Source: an uncultured Congregibacter sp.
GTDB taxonomy: Bacteria > Pseudomonadota > Gammaproteobacteria > Pseudomonadales > Halieaceae
Assembly (NCBI GenBank): GCA_964525195.1
Contig: CAZGGN010000001.1
Coordinates: 1-63,121, forward strand
Direction: 5' to 3'
DNA: 63,121 bases
The notes beneath the pieces are model-generated. The model did not search any database. It saw nothing but the letters and a program-made list of their open reading frames with translations, and was not told the origin of the DNA. Shown here one piece after another: positions 35,907 to 47,136 of the stretch (within the stretch, counting starts at the first letter, position 1; each line of letters opens with the position of its first letter). A program made the translations under genes and the position numbers.

Positions 35907-36290
35907 GTGAGTAACCGCGCCATTATCGCCACCCCTCAGGCCCCCGCGGCCCTGGGGCCCTATTCTCAGGCCGTCAAGGTGGGCAACACGGTCTGGCTTT
36001 CCGGACAAATCCCTCTGGACCCGGAAACAATGACCGTCGTCGAAGGGGACGCTGGTGTTCAGGCTACCCGCGCCTTTCAGAACCTGGCAGCGGTGGCCGA
36101 AGCGGCCGGCGGCAGCCTCGATGACGCGGTCAAGATCAATATCTCCCTGACCGACATGAACGACTTTGCCGCCGTTAACGCGGTAATGGAGACTTTCTGC
36201 CAGGCGCCCTACCCGGCGCGAGCCTGCGTGCAGGTCGCCGGTTTACCCAAGGGCGTTTCAGTGGAGATCGAGGCCATCCTCGCGCTCTGA
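35907..36290 (+). CDS. ridA: RidA family enamine/imine deaminase
   Basis: SD AAGGAG + GTG; APAALGPYSQA, SGQIPLDP, PARACVQV..LPKG..VEIEA. Confidence 0.93.
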   Translation: MSNRAIIATPQAPAALGPYSQAVKVGNTVWLSGQIPLDPETMTVVEGDAGVQATRAFQNLAAVAEAAGGSLDDAVKINISLTDMNDFAAVNAVMETFCQAPYPARACVQVAGLPKGVSVEIEAILAL

Positions 36291-37139
36291 GTGCGCCATC
36301 CAGCGATGCACCACGGCGGCGTAGCCCGCGCGGTAGTCCGGATATTCCAGTGCGTAGCCGCTGTCATGCAGCCGTGTATTGGCAATGCGCTTGTGTACCG
36401 GGGCCGCGGATTCCGGGTCTGCCACAGGGGGACAGTAAGGCCGGCGAATCTGCTCGCAGAGCCAGGCCTCGACCTCCTGCAGCGGCACCGGCGCATCATC
36501 AACAAGGTTGTAAAGCCGCCGTGCAAGCGTCCCCCGGAGGCCATAGGTGATAAAGCCGGCAACGTCGTCACGATGAATCCGATTGGCAAAGCTCAGGGGC
36601 TCGGCGGGCGTCAGCCTGCCGGCTGCAATACGCTTGAGCAGCGGGCCCGGGCCCTGGCCATAGAGACCGGCGGCGCGGAGCACCACAGATCCGGGAAGCG
36701 TATCCAGAAATCGTCTTTCCGCGTCGATAATCGCGCGGGCAAACGGGTCTTCCAAATTCAGGGGCCCGTCTTCATCCACCCGGCCGCCGTCCCGCTCACG
36801 ATAGACCCGGGTACTGGAAATAAAAAAAGCCCGCCCGGGGCGGCAGACACCGAGACCGGCGAGAATCGCATCCATAGCGTCCACAAAGCCCGCACGGTAG
36901 CCATCCACGCTACGCTCCGCCGGAGTCAGGGCGATCACCAGGGCGTCCGGCGCAATCTGCTCCAGCACCTTCAGGCTCCGCGGATCACGGAAGTCCACGG
37001 CGACGCTTTTCACACCGTCAGGAACCGCATGAGCCGTGCGTCGCAAACCGAACAGCTGCCACTGATCCGGCGACAGGCGACCGGCCAGGCGCTCTCCAAG
37101 ATCTCCAAACCCCACAATTGCTATCGTTTTCTGTGCCAC
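36258..37139 (-). CDS. NAD(P)-dependent epimerase/atypical SDR (YeeZ-like)
   Basis: VGFGDLG Rossmann, ISSTRVY, GLYG, NRIHRDD, YPDYRAGY. Confidence 0.85.
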   Translation of the reverse strand: MAQKTIAIVGFGDLGERLAGRLSPDQWQLFGLRRTAHAVPDGVKSVAVDFRDPRSLKVLEQIAPDALVIALTPAERSVDGYRAGFVDAMDAILAGLGVCRPGRAFFISSTRVYRERDGGRVDEDGPLNLEDPFARAIIDAERRFLDTLPGSVVLRAAGLYGQGPGPLLKRIAAGRLTPAEPLSFANRIHRDDVAGFITYGLRGTLARRLYNLVDDAPVPLQEVEAWLCEQIRRPYCPPVADPESAAPVHKRIANTRLHDSGYALEYPDYRAGYAAVVHRWMAHSEREDGLDLH

Positions 37140-37198
37140 TATCGCCGTCCTTTGCTGATGCCCGGGGCCTCACGCGTCGCCCGGGCGCTCACACTGCC

Positions 37199-39259
37199 AT
37201 GAGCCAAATCGTCGCACAACGCCTCGAAACACTGCACGGTGTCGGACCAAAGCTCGCCGAGCGTCTCCAGCGCTACGGTATCAGCAACGTTGAAGACCTG
37301 TTGTTTCATCTGCCCCTGCGCTACCAGGATCGCACCCGCGTGACCCCCATCGGCGCACTCCAGGATGGCGCCGAAGTGGTAATCGAAGGGGATGTCGCGC
37401 TGGTCAGTGTGACCGGCGGTGGCCGGCGCCGCTCACTGCTGGTGAAACTCCAGGACGGCACCGGAACCGCAACCTTACGTTTTTTTCATTTCAGTCAGGC
37501 ACAGAAAAACGCCCTGCAGCCTGGCGATCGTCTGCGCTGCTTCGGCACCGTGCGCCGGGGCAGTCAGCAGCCCGAATTGATTCATCCGGAATACCGGCGC
37601 ACGGCCTGGGACAACACGGTAGAAGACAGTCTCACCCCGATCTACCCGAGCACCGAAGGCATTAGTCAGGCCCAGTGGCGCAAGCTCTGCGACCAGGCGT
37701 TGGGGATACTCGCGCGCGACCCGCCGCAGGAGCTGCTGCCGGTCCGGGATAAAGACTACGGCCTGCTATCGGCACTAAACTTTCTGCATCGGCCCCCGCC
37801 GGATGCGGACCAGCAGGCACTGCGCGATGGTCGCCATCCCGCGCAGCTGCGTCTGGCCCTGGAGGAACTGACCGCACACCAGCTCTCTATGCAGGCACTG
37901 CGTGCACGCAGCCGCGAGCGTCCGGCGCCGGTGCTGCAGGATCAGCAATCCATGCTTCGTCGGTTTTTGGAGTCACTGCCTTTCGAACCCACAGGAGCGC
38001 AGCAGCGGGTCATCCGGGAGATCGCCAGGGATCTTGGCAGTAACCGCGCCATGCTGCGCCTGGTCCAGGGCGATGTGGGCTCCGGCAAAACCCTGGTGGC
38101 AGCGGCAGCGGCATTGATTGCAATCGCCAGCGGTTATCAGGTGGCGGTTATGGCACCCACGGAACTGCTTGCGGAACAGCATCGGCGAAACTTTGCGGGC
38201 TGGTTCGGTGATCTGGGAATCAGCATCGCCTGGCTGGCCGGCAGCGTGAAAGGGCAGAAGCGCGCAGCGACGCTCGCTGCGATCCACAGCGGTGAGGCAG
38301 CGCTGGTGATTGGCACCCACGCCTTGTTTCAGGAAGGTGTTGCCTTTGCGCGTCTCGGGCTGGTGATCGTCGATGAGCAGCACCGCTTTGGCGTTCATCA
38401 GCGCCTCGCCCTGAGCGAGAAAAGCGGTGGGGACTGGCGCGCTCACCAGTTGATCATGACCGCAACACCGATTCCCCGAACCCTGTCGATGGTCGCCTAT
38501 GCAGATCTGGACTGTTCTATTATCGATGAGCTCCCTCCGGGGCGACAGCCCGTGGGTACGGTACTCATCGACAACCAGCGCCGGGGTGAAATTATCGAAC
38601 GCGTGGCCCACGCCTGCCGTGAAGGACGTCAGGTCTACTGGGTCTGCACCCTGATTGAAGACAGCGACGTGCTGCAGGCACAGGCGGCGGAATCAAGCTA
38701 TGCCCAGCTGGCTGAGGCACTGTCGGGCATATCCGTTGCCATTGTCCACGGACGCATGAAGGCCAGGGAGAAAGACGCGGTCATGACCGCCTTCAAGGCC
38801 GGCGAATACCAGCTGCTCGTGGCTACGACGGTGATTGAAGTGGGTGTCGACGTGCCCAATGCCACCTTGATGATCATTGAAAATCCCGAACGTCTGGGGC
38901 TTGCGCAGCTGCATCAGTTGCGCGGCCGGGTCGGCCGGGGCAGCGCTGCCAGTCACTGCGTGCTGCTCTATCAGTCACCCCTGGGCCAGCACAGTCGCGC
39001 CCGGCTGCAGGTCATGCGCGAGAGCAACGATGGCTTTTACATTGCCGAAGAAGACCTTCGCCAGCGCGGTCCGGGGGAGGTGCTGGGCACGCGCCAGACC
39101 GGGCTTCTGGAATTTCGCGTCGCCCGGCTGCCTGAGCATGAATTTCTGATTGAGGAAGTCCAGCACCTGACGGAGCTGCTGCTGCAGGAGCATCCGCAGT
39201 CTGTTGCGCCGCTTATCCGGCGCTGGGCTGGCGACCGGGAGGCCTTCGCCGCAGTCTGA
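37199..39259 (+). CDS. recG: ATP-dependent DNA helicase RecG
   Basis: QGDVGSGKT, DEQHRFG, MTATPIPRT, QLHQLRGRVGRG. Confidence 0.98.
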   Translation: MSQIVAQRLETLHGVGPKLAERLQRYGISNVEDLLFHLPLRYQDRTRVTPIGALQDGAEVVIEGDVALVSVTGGGRRRSLLVKLQDGTGTATLRFFHFSQAQKNALQPGDRLRCFGTVRRGSQQPELIHPEYRRTAWDNTVEDSLTPIYPSTEGISQAQWRKLCDQALGILARDPPQELLPVRDKDYGLLSALNFLHRPPPDADQQALRDGRHPAQLRLALEELTAHQLSMQALRARSRERPAPVLQDQQSMLRRFLESLPFEPTGAQQRVIREIARDLGSNRAMLRLVQGDVGSGKTLVAAAAALIAIASGYQVAVMAPTELLAEQHRRNFAGWFGDLGISIAWLAGSVKGQKRAATLAAIHSGEAALVIGTHALFQEGVAFARLGLVIVDEQHRFGVHQRLALSEKSGGDWRAHQLIMTATPIPRTLSMVAYADLDCSIIDELPPGRQPVGTVLIDNQRRGEIIERVAHACREGRQVYWVCTLIEDSDVLQAQAAESSYAQLAEALSGISVAIVHGRMKAREKDAVMTAFKAGEYQLLVATTVIEVGVDVPNATLMIIENPERLGLAQLHQLRGRVGRGSAASHCVLLYQSPLGQHSRARLQVMRESNDGFYIAEEDLRQRGPGEVLGTRQTGLLEFRVARLPEHEFLIEEVQHLTELLLQEHPQSVAPLIRRWAGDREAFAAV

Positions 39260-39263
39260 GTCC

Positions 39264-40646
39264 TCAGGGGAGGATCGGCGGCAGGGCTTTTTGCAGGGCC
39301 ATCTTGTCCCGGGTCGCCTCACCGGTCAGCGCAAAGCCGAGCAGATCGCCGGCGGCATTGCGATACTCCGCCCGGGTGCTCGTACCATCAACGCTGAACT
39401 GCCACTCGCCCTCGGCCTGGCCGTCCGGCGGTGCCACCACCGTCGGACAGGCGGGCACCTTGATGGTCACAGGCATGGCCGGATAGCTTACCGGAGTAGG
39501 CTCACCTGCCAGGGTTTTACCCAGTGCCCGGGCAGCCGCCATCAACGGGGCCACGTAGACCAGCACATGTCCCTCGACCTCCGCGCAATCGCCCAGGGCA
39601 TACACATCCGCAGCGCTGGTTTTCAGATAACGATCGGTAACGATGCCACGCTTCACCGCAAGCCCGGCAGCGCTGGCAAGTTCCACCCGCGGTCGAACCC
39701 CGACAGCCGACACGACAAGATCCGCTTCCAGCTGGCTATCGTTGCTCAGGGACACAATCACCCGATCCTGACTGCCATCGGCCGGGTAGTTCACTTCCGT
39801 AACGAGAGGCCCGAAGTGAAAACGCGCGCCTTTTTCTTCCAGGGCCGACTGCAGCGCCCGGGCACAGGGCTCCGGCAGCAGCGTCGGCAGGCAGTGCGCA
39901 AGCGGGTCGATAACATCGATCGCATAGCCGCCATTGAGTAGGTCATTGGTGAATTCACAGCCGATGAGGCCCGCCCCGATCACGGCGACCCGCTTCGCCT
40001 CGAGGCGCTCCATGGCCTTGCGAAAATCATCGTAGTCCATCAGATCGTTGACGGCGTAAACGCGCTCCAGGGCGTCGCCCCCCAGGGGCGGACGTATCAC
40101 GCTGGCTCCGGTGGCGAACACCAGCGACGCGTAATGCACCTCGCTGTCGCGGTCCGCCAGCCGAATCAGCTTGCGCTGCGTGTCCACGGATGCAACCCGG
40201 GTCATGGTCCAGACGCTGGCATTCAAATTGGCCGCCATGGTCCCGGCATCGCTCTGGGTCAGCGCATCGGCGTCTGTGCCTTTGGTGTACCCGGTGGACA
40301 ACATGGGTTTGGAGTAAGCGCGACCGTCGTCGTCGGTGATCAGCAGCAGCGGCGTATCGCTATCGTGCTTGCGAAACTCCCGGGCCAGTCCGTAGCCTGC
40401 AAGGCCGGTACCGATAATCACGATCGGGGCGGGCTGCGCGTCGGCGCCGGGCACCTGATGATGCGGCGCGTCCTCCTCGACAGGCTCCTGGAGCAGTTCG
40501 AAGTCCTCTTTGCCCACTCCGCAGTCCGGGCACAGCCAGTCCTCGGGAACATCCTCCCAGCGGGTGCCCGGCGCGATATCGTCATCGGGCCAGCCCTTGG
40601 CTTCATCATAAATCAGGCCACAGACGATACATTCCCATTTGCGCAT
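39264..40646 (-). CDS. Rubredoxin fused to rubredoxin-NAD(+) reductase
   Basis: N-terminal CIVCG...WLCPDCG rubredoxin; IGTGLAG FAD and [14 protein letters not shown] motifs; ALGDCAE. Confidence 0.9.
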   Translation of the reverse strand: MRKWECIVCGLIYDEAKGWPDDDIAPGTRWEDVPEDWLCPDCGVGKEDFELLQEPVEEDAPHHQVPGADAQPAPIVIIGTGLAGYGLAREFRKHDSDTPLLLITDDDGRAYSKPMLSTGYTKGTDADALTQSDAGTMAANLNASVWTMTRVASVDTQRKLIRLADRDSEVHYASLVFATGASVIRPPLGGDALERVYAVNDLMDYDDFRKAMERLEAKRVAVIGAGLIGCEFTNDLLNGGYAIDVIDPLAHCLPTLLPEPCARALQSALEEKGARFHFGPLVTEVNYPADGSQDRVIVSLSNDSQLEADLVVSAVGVRPRVELASAAGLAVKRGIVTDRYLKTSAADVYALGDCAEVEGHVLVYVAPLMAAARALGKTLAGEPTPVSYPAMPVTIKVPACPTVVAPPDGQAEGEWQFSVDGTSTRAEYRNAAGDLLGFALTGEATRDKMALQKALPPILP

Positions 40647-40735
40647 GGCGGGCGAGCTCCCTGGTTGTCGGTTGGCGATACAGGGCGGCAAGGTTAGCAC
40701 GGGCTGCCAAACAGCTGGCAACGTCCCCGCCTGGC

Positions 40736-41425
40736 TTGCAAGCTACGCCAACATCGCGCATTCTCGCGCTCCCCTCCTGCAACAGCGCTATCCCTGTGCA
40801 AGCACGCTGCAGCGCAAGCGACGTTAGCTGGCGTCGAGAAGAACAGCTCCCCGGGCCCCTCCTGGCGCCGGTGCGTCGCTGGCTGCTCGATGACGGGTCC
40901 CTTACGCAACATCTGATCAACACGGGCCGGACGTTTTCCCTGGAACGCTGGGAGCAACGCTGGGAGGCGCCGCGTCTGGATGAACGCCTGCTTCTGAATA
41001 TGGCGCTGCGGGAAAGAGCCATGGTGCGGCAAATTGTGATGCGCCTGAATGGCGAGGCGGTCGTTTATGCGCGCTCGGTTTTTCCGGTCAGCACGCTTGA
41101 TGGACCGCTCTTAAGGCTGCGCCGACTGCACAACCAGAGCCTCGGTACTTTTCTGTTTTCCCGCCCGGATATGCGCCGCGGTCCCTTCGAACTGGCCCTC
41201 CTCGCCGGTAACAACCGTTATCTTCCCCGGGCCCTGCACCAGCAGGAACCGGCCTGGGCGCGACGCTCCTGCTTTGAGGTCGCCGGGAAACCGCTGCTGG
41301 TGAGCGAGGTTTTCCTCCGCGATTTTCCCCATCGGCAATCACCGAGTCCGCTGCACCGCTCCCGGCGAGGGCAGGTCAGCGCTACAATTGGACGCTCCCG
41401 GAACAGACAAGAAGACGATCACTGA
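40736..41425 (+). CDS. ubiC: Chorismate pyruvate-lyase
   Basis: [36 protein letters not shown]; start uncertain. Confidence 0.9.
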   Translation: MQATPTSRILALPSCNSAIPVQARCSASDVSWRREEQLPGPLLAPVRRWLLDDGSLTQHLINTGRTFSLERWEQRWEAPRLDERLLLNMALRERAMVRQIVMRLNGEAVVYARSVFPVSTLDGPLLRLRRLHNQSLGTFLFSRPDMRRGPFELALLAGNNRYLPRALHQQEPAWARRSCFEVAGKPLLVSEVFLRDFPHRQSPSPLHRSRRGQVSATIGRSRNRQEDDH

Positions 41426-41428
41426 TTC

Positions 41429-42319
41429 ATGAGCACCTCCATGTCATCGCCGGCTACCCCCAGCAGCAAGCTTACGGCGCTGATGCGCCTGATCCGCTGG
41501 GACCGGCCGATCGGCAGTCTGCTGCTACTCTGGCCCACACTCTGGGCGCTGTGGATCGCAGCCGAGGGCATACCCGATATCGACCTGCTCCTGATATTCA
41601 CGGCCGGCACCGTGTTGATGCGCTCCGCCGGCTGCATTATCAATGACCTTGCGGACAGAAACCTCGATGGCGGGGTGACGCGCACGGCCAGCCGACCACT
41701 GGTCACCGGCGACGTCACGGTGACCGAGGCGCTGGGGTTTTTTCTGATGCTATGCCTCCTCGCCTTCGGCCTGGTCCTCATGACCAATCTGATGACCGTG
41801 CTCCTGTCGGTACCGGCGCTGCTGCTGGCATCGTGCTATCCGCTGATGAAGCGCTACACGCATCTGCCGCAGGTAGTTCTGGGCCTCGCTTTCTCCTGGT
41901 CAATCCCCATGGCATTTGCGGCCCAGCGCGGGGAGCTGCCGCCGGCGCTGTGGTTGCTGTTCACAGGAAACCTCCTGTGGACCGTGGTGTACGACACAAA
42001 ATATGCCATGGTAGATCGCAAGGATGATCTGGAAATTGGCATTAAGAGTACGGCGATTCTTTTCGGGGAGTCCGATCGCACGGTTATCGCCGTATTACAG
42101 GTACTGTGTCTGACTGCTCTGGGGCTTGCGGGCAGAGAGTTTGGCCTGGGCTGGCCTTATTATCTGTCTCTGGGTGTAACTGCAGGGCTGTTTGGCTATC
42201 ACCTGTATCTGATTCGCCATCGCGATGAGGCAGCATGTTTCCGCGCATTCAAACACAACAGCTGGGTCGGTCTGAGCATTTTTCTGGGTGTCGTCGGCAG
42301 CTATGCGCTGAGCGGCTGA
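41429..42319 (+). CDS. ubiA: 4-hydroxybenzoate octaprenyltransferase
   Basis: [36 protein letters not shown]. Confidence 0.97.
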   Translation: MSTSMSSPATPSSKLTALMRLIRWDRPIGSLLLLWPTLWALWIAAEGIPDIDLLLIFTAGTVLMRSAGCIINDLADRNLDGGVTRTASRPLVTGDVTVTEALGFFLMLCLLAFGLVLMTNLMTVLLSVPALLLASCYPLMKRYTHLPQVVLGLAFSWSIPMAFAAQRGELPPALWLLFTGNLLWTVVYDTKYAMVDRKDDLEIGIKSTAILFGESDRTVIAVLQVLCLTALGLAGREFGLGWPYYLSLGVTAGLFGYHLYLIRHRDEAACFRAFKHNSWVGLSIFLGVVGSYALSG

Positions 42320-42335
42320 GGGGAGAAGGGCGCCT

Positions 42336-43499
42336 ATGAGCCTGGCGATTGACGTACTGGGCTCGGTCGCGGAAATTGCCCCCGGCGACTGGAATGCCCT
42401 GCGTCGCGACGACTACCCGTTCCTGCGCCACGACTTTTTACTCGGCCTCGAGCAGGCCGACTGCACCACCCGGGCGGCGGGCTGGGAGCCCGCACACCTG
42501 CGTCTTCGCGATGGCGACCAGACGCTGGCGATCGTCCCGGCCTGGCTGAAGAGTCACTCCTACGGGGAATATGTTTTCGACTGGGCCTGGGCCGATGCCT
42601 GGCAACGCATGGGTCTGGAGTACTACCCCAAACTGCTGACGGCGATTCCCTTTACGCCGGCCACCGGACCGCGACTGTTGCATGCGCCGCATCTGAATCC
42701 GGCAGATCTCTGGAAACTGCTGCGGGAACAGATGCCCGATCTTGCCCAAACGCTCGGTGTTTCCTCCTGGCACGTGTTGTTTCCCCGCGAGGAAGATGCC
42801 GACGCACTCGCCGCCGCAGGCCTGCACACCCGCCATCAGGTGCAATTCCACTGGCATAATCGGGGTTATCGCGACTTCGATGACTTTCTGGACGGATTTT
42901 CCAGCCGCAAGCGCAAGTCCCTGCGCCGGGAGCGACGCCGGGTGAGCGAACAGGGCCTGAAGCTGAGCATGCGCAGTGGTCTGGAGCTGAGTGCCGCGGA
43001 CTGGGCGGTGTTTCACCGTTTTTATCAAATGACCTATGCCAAGCGCAGCGGCCACGGGGGCTATCTGACCCGGGAGTTTTTCCTCGAGGTGGCCGCCAAT
43101 ATGGGCGAGCAGGTTTTGATGGCACTGGCGGAGAAAGACGGAGTGCCGGTTGCCGGTGCCCTGTACTTTCGCGACCAGGAGTCACTCTATGGTCGCTACT
43201 GGGGCTGCAGCCGCGAATACGACTGCCTGCATTTTGAAACCTGTTACTACCAGGGCATCGACTACTGCATCCGTCACGGTCTCCAGCGCTTTGATCCGGG
43301 CGCACAGGGCGAACACAAGATACAGCGCGGATTTGAACCCACCACCACTCTGTCCTGCCACTGGATTGCCCAGCAGGAGCTGGATGCCGCGGTGGGGGAT
43401 TTTACCCGTCGGGAGCAGGATCATGTGGCACAGTATCGGGACGATGCGCGCAGTCTGCTGCCCTTTAAAACGACCGAAGCAAACGGCGAGGGCGACTAG
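42336..43499 (+). CDS. FemAB-like GNAT protein
   Basis: KSHSYGEYVFDWAWA, YYPKL, LYGRYWG, GAQGEHKIQRGF. Confidence 0.9.
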   Translation: MSLAIDVLGSVAEIAPGDWNALRRDDYPFLRHDFLLGLEQADCTTRAAGWEPAHLRLRDGDQTLAIVPAWLKSHSYGEYVFDWAWADAWQRMGLEYYPKLLTAIPFTPATGPRLLHAPHLNPADLWKLLREQMPDLAQTLGVSSWHVLFPREEDADALAAAGLHTRHQVQFHWHNRGYRDFDDFLDGFSSRKRKSLRRERRRVSEQGLKLSMRSGLELSAADWAVFHRFYQMTYAKRSGHGGYLTREFFLEVAANMGEQVLMALAEKDGVPVAGALYFRDQESLYGRYWGCSREYDCLHFETCYYQGIDYCIRHGLQRFDPGAQGEHKIQRGFEPTTTLSCHWIAQQELDAAVGDFTRREQDHVAQYRDDARSLLPFKTTEANGEGD

Positions 43500-44125
43500 G
43501 CGTCCGTTCTAACCCAGCACAAAAGCCGGTTGTTCGCCGGCATCGCGATATCCTGCTGCAATGTGAAACCTGCAGCCTGTGCCAGCCCGTCTACCCACTC
43601 CTGGTCGCGAATACCGCTGTGCGGATCGCGATCTTTCAGCCACTGATCAAAGTCGGCGTTGGATGCGGCGGTGTACTGACCGTCGTAGTTGAAAGGCCCG
43701 TAGACGATCAGCTGCGATCCCACAGGCGCCTGTTCGGCGCAGGCGTGGAAAAAGTCTTCAACCAATTCTTTGGACACAATATGAAGCGTATTCGCGGTAT
43801 AAAGCGCATCCGGCCAGGTTATCGGCCAGGGCCGCGCGGCGATATCGAGCGCCAGCGGTGGGTCAAGATTATCGAGATCCGCCGCCTCATAGCGCGGCCT
43901 CAGCATATCCAGAGCCCGCGGATGCTCACTGCCCTGCCAACGCAAATGCGGCAGCTGTCGGGCAAAATACAGCGCGTGCTGGCCGGTTCCGGAGCCAATC
44001 TCCAGCACCGAGCGCGCGCCTGTGAGAAGCGACTTGAGTTCCCGGAAAATCGGCTCCTGATTATTCGCAGCCGCGCGGGAGAAAGGCAGGCCGTCGGTCT
44101 CGTTCGGTGCCGGGCTCTGATCCAA
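43496..44125 (-). CDS. DUF938 SAM-dependent methyltransferase
   Basis: LEIGSGTGQH, YGPF, SNADFD, GIRD, MPANN; TTG start inferred. Confidence 0.88.
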   Translation of the reverse strand: MDQSPAPNETDGLPFSRAAANNQEPIFRELKSLLTGARSVLEIGSGTGQHALYFARQLPHLRWQGSEHPRALDMLRPRYEAADLDNLDPPLALDIAARPWPITWPDALYTANTLHIVSKELVEDFFHACAEQAPVGSQLIVYGPFNYDGQYTAASNADFDQWLKDRDPHSGIRDQEWVDGLAQAAGFTLQQDIAMPANNRLLCWVRTDA

Positions 44126-44130
44126 GTGCG

Positions 44131-45591
44131 TCAGACCCGCATATCGAAGTCGGCGAAATCCGGGCTGCGCATATGCCACCAGTAGGCGAGGGTAGAGCGC
44201 GGCCAGTTATTGACGACCTTGCCCGCCGCATTTTTGTACCAGCTCTCACAATTCGCCACCCAGACCGTCTGCGCCAGCTCTCCCTGCATGCGATCATTGT
44301 AGGCGCGCTCCACTCGGGCGTTAATGTCGAGTGCGCGAAGTTCGTGGGTCAGGAGTTTGTCGATGCAATTGACCACATAGGCAACCTGGCGCTCGACCAT
44401 GAAGATAATGGAGTTGCTGCCCAGATTCGTGTTGGGGCCGTAGAGCATAAAGAAATTGGGAAACCCGTGGGTGCAGACACCGCGATAGGCCTCGGCCCCA
44501 TCGCGCCAGCTGTCCTGCAGGGAAACGCCGTTCTCACCGCGAAAGTCCACGGCACTGTGCATCTGCGAGGTCTTAAAGCCCGTGGCATAAATCAGCACAT
44601 CGACCGGCCGTTCAACGCCATCCTCGGTCAACACGCCTTGCTCGTTTACTCCGGTGATCGCTGAGGTCACCAGTTCAACGCTCTTCTCACGAAAGGCCCC
44701 GTAGTAATCATCGGAGATAAGAATGCGTTTGCAGCCGAGACGGTAATCCGGGGTGAGTTTGGCACGCAGTTCAGGATCGCTGATCTCCTCTTCACGGTAG
44801 TCCCTGCACCACTTTTCCCATTGCCGGAGCAGCCAGCCGGACCCATTGCGCAGCACCGGATAGAACAGCCACTCGCCGCGCAGATAAACCGTCGCGCGAA
44901 GGGCTTTCTGGACCAGTGGCACGTGTCGGAAGATCCATTTTTCCCAGTCTTTGTAAGGACGGTCGTGGCGCTTGATCACATAATTGGCACTGCGCTGATA
45001 GATATGCAGCTTATCGGCCTGCTTTGCGATGTGCGGAATAAACTGCAGGGCACTGGCCGCATTGCCGATGACCGCGACGCGCTTTCCCCGAAGCTCACAG
45101 TCATGATCCCAGCGTGCGGAGTGAAAACTGTGTCCGGCAAAACTGTCACGACCGGGAAAATCCGGGATATTGGGAAGATTTAGCTGCCCCAGAGCGCTGA
45201 CCAGGCTGCGCGTGGTCAGCGTCTCTCCGTCGGCAAGGGTGAGTTCCCAGTCACCGTTTTCTTCGCGCCAGTGGGCCCGTTCAACGGTCGTAGCCAGACG
45301 CAGGTGCGGGAGCAGACCAAACTGCTCGGCACAGCGCTGAAAATAAGCCTTGATCTCGCTGTGTCCGGAAAACTTGTGCGACCAGTCCGGATTGGGGGCA
45401 AAAGAATAGCTGTAGAGCACCGAGGCCACATCACAACAGGCGCCTGGATAGGTGTTGTCATGCCAGGTGCCGCCGACCTCCGGGGACTTCTCAATAATCA
45501 CAAAGTCATGAATGCCCCGCTCTTTCAGCTTGATCCCCATGCACAGGCCGGACATGCCGGCGCCGATAATGACTACCTTGTGATCGCTCAC
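44131..45591 (-). CDS. Flavin-containing / Baeyer-Villiger monooxygenase
   Basis: GAGMSG, GGTWHDNTYPG, BVMO fingerprint FAGHSFHSARWD, ATGF, FPNFFMLYGPN. Confidence 0.9.
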   Translation of the reverse strand: MSDHKVVIIGAGMSGLCMGIKLKERGIHDFVIIEKSPEVGGTWHDNTYPGACCDVASVLYSYSFAPNPDWSHKFSGHSEIKAYFQRCAEQFGLLPHLRLATTVERAHWREENGDWELTLADGETLTTRSLVSALGQLNLPNIPDFPGRDSFAGHSFHSARWDHDCELRGKRVAVIGNAASALQFIPHIAKQADKLHIYQRSANYVIKRHDRPYKDWEKWIFRHVPLVQKALRATVYLRGEWLFYPVLRNGSGWLLRQWEKWCRDYREEEISDPELRAKLTPDYRLGCKRILISDDYYGAFREKSVELVTSAITGVNEQGVLTEDGVERPVDVLIYATGFKTSQMHSAVDFRGENGVSLQDSWRDGAEAYRGVCTHGFPNFFMLYGPNTNLGSNSIIFMVERQVAYVVNCIDKLLTHELRALDINARVERAYNDRMQGELAQTVWVANCESWYKNAAGKVVNNWPRSTLAYWWHMRSPDFADFDMRV

Positions 45592-45652
45592 CCTGCCTCC
45601 CCGGTGGTTTTTCTTCGACTTAATATGCCATCGGCCGCGCTTCTCACTGTTG

Positions 45653-46429
45653 TCAGGCGGGCTCATCCCGGGTAAAGACGAGCTCCCTCGCCGTGGATTC
45701 CCCGGCGTTGTAGCGATAGCCGCCCACCCGATATTTTTTCAGCGCCGGAACGTCGTTGATCTCGTTCTCGATAACGTAGCGCGCCATTTGGCCCCGGGCT
45801 TTTTTCGCGAAAAAACTGATCATCTTGTACTTGCCGTTCTTCAAATCCTTGAAGACCGGGGTAATGACCTCCGCCTCCAGGGCTTTCGCCTTCACCGCCT
45901 TGAAGTATTCGTTGGAGGCGAGATTCAGGAGGATGGGCGAACCGGTTTTTTTCAGCTGCCTGTTCAGGCTGTCGGTAAGTGCCTCTCCCCAGAATTCATA
46001 GAGATTTTTCCCCCCGCTGTTTTCAAAGCGCAGACCCATCTCCAGCCGGTAAGGTTGCATCAGGTCCAGAGGGCGCAGCAGTCCATAGAGTCCGGAGAGA
46101 ATGCGCAGATGTTTCTGTGCAAAAGCGAGCTGTGTTGCCGAGAGCGTTTCGGCTTCAAGGCCGGTGTACACATCCCCCTTGAAAGCAAGAATCGCCTGGC
46201 GCGCATTATCTTTGTCAAAGGGGGTATGCCAGTCCATAAAACGCTGGTGGTTGAGCGTTGCAATTGCCTCAGACACACCCATAAGAGCGCGGATATCCAT
46301 CGGGTCGAGACGCCGCGCATCCTCGATCAACGCCTCGGAGCGCTCCAGAAACTCCGGCTGGGTCGCCTTGCGGGTCGTTAGCGGCGACTCGTAGTCGAGG
46401 GTTTTGGCGGGTGAAATGACGCTGAGCAT
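45653..46429 (-). CDS. yaaA: Peroxide stress protein YaaA
   Basis: [32 protein letters not shown]. Confidence 0.96.
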   Translation of the reverse strand: MLSVISPAKTLDYESPLTTRKATQPEFLERSEALIEDARRLDPMDIRALMGVSEAIATLNHQRFMDWHTPFDKDNARQAILAFKGDVYTGLEAETLSATQLAFAQKHLRILSGLYGLLRPLDLMQPYRLEMGLRFENSGGKNLYEFWGEALTDSLNRQLKKTGSPILLNLASNEYFKAVKAKALEAEVITPVFKDLKNGKYKMISFFAKKARGQMARYVIENEINDVPALKKYRVGGYRYNAGESTARELVFTRDEPA

Positions 46430-46620
46430 GGTCTGTGTCCTTCCTGCATGAACTTGGGTCTGGTGCCGGCTGCGGTCTTGGCGTCGGCAGCGCCTGCTTC
46501 TCTCGGGACAGCGCCCCGTGTGCGTGTTTTAAGTGAATTCTCAACGCCTTACGCACAGAACAGACCGCGCGGCGAGCTATGATACCCTCGCCATCCGGCA
46601 ATAAGAAAGGCAGAAAGCGG

Positions 46621-47136
46621 GTGATTAACTGGGCGTCTCTGATACAGGCGATTGACCGCTTCACCCTGCTGTCCGGACGTGTTCTGGCCTGGTGCGCCCT
46701 GGCCATGGCCCTGTTGACCAGTGCGGTAGTTGTCCTGCGCTACGGGTTTGCCACCGGCGCAATCGCGATGCAGGAATCCATCACCTATCTCCACGGCAGC
46801 ATGTTTATGCTCGGTGTCGCCTACGCACTGAAAACCGGGGCCCACGTGCGCGTGGATATTTTTTACCGGGACTTCAGCGATCGGCAACGTGCCTGGGTGG
46901 ATGCGCTGGGAGGCATCGTCCTGTTGCTGCCCCTGTGCGTTTTTATCACGGTCATCAGCTGGGGTTATGTGGCGGATGCCTGGTCGATCCGCGAGAGCTC
47001 CCCGGAGCCCGGTGGCATTCCCTATCTGTATCTGCTCAAAACCCTGCTGCCACTGATGGCTATTAATCTGGCTGTCGCCGCCACCGCCGACATTCTCCGT
47101 AACGCCCGAACCCTGATCCTCAAAGAGACTCACTGA
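46621..47136 (+). CDS. dctQ: TRAP transporter small permease
   Basis: Four TM segments, HVRVDIFY, ESSPEPGG; start may be 46579. Confidence 0.9.
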   Translation: MINWASLIQAIDRFTLLSGRVLAWCALAMALLTSAVVVLRYGFATGAIAMQESITYLHGSMFMLGVAYALKTGAHVRVDIFYRDFSDRQRAWVDALGGIVLLLPLCVFITVISWGYVADAWSIRESSPEPGGIPYLYLLKTLLPLMAINLAVAATADILRNARTLILKETH

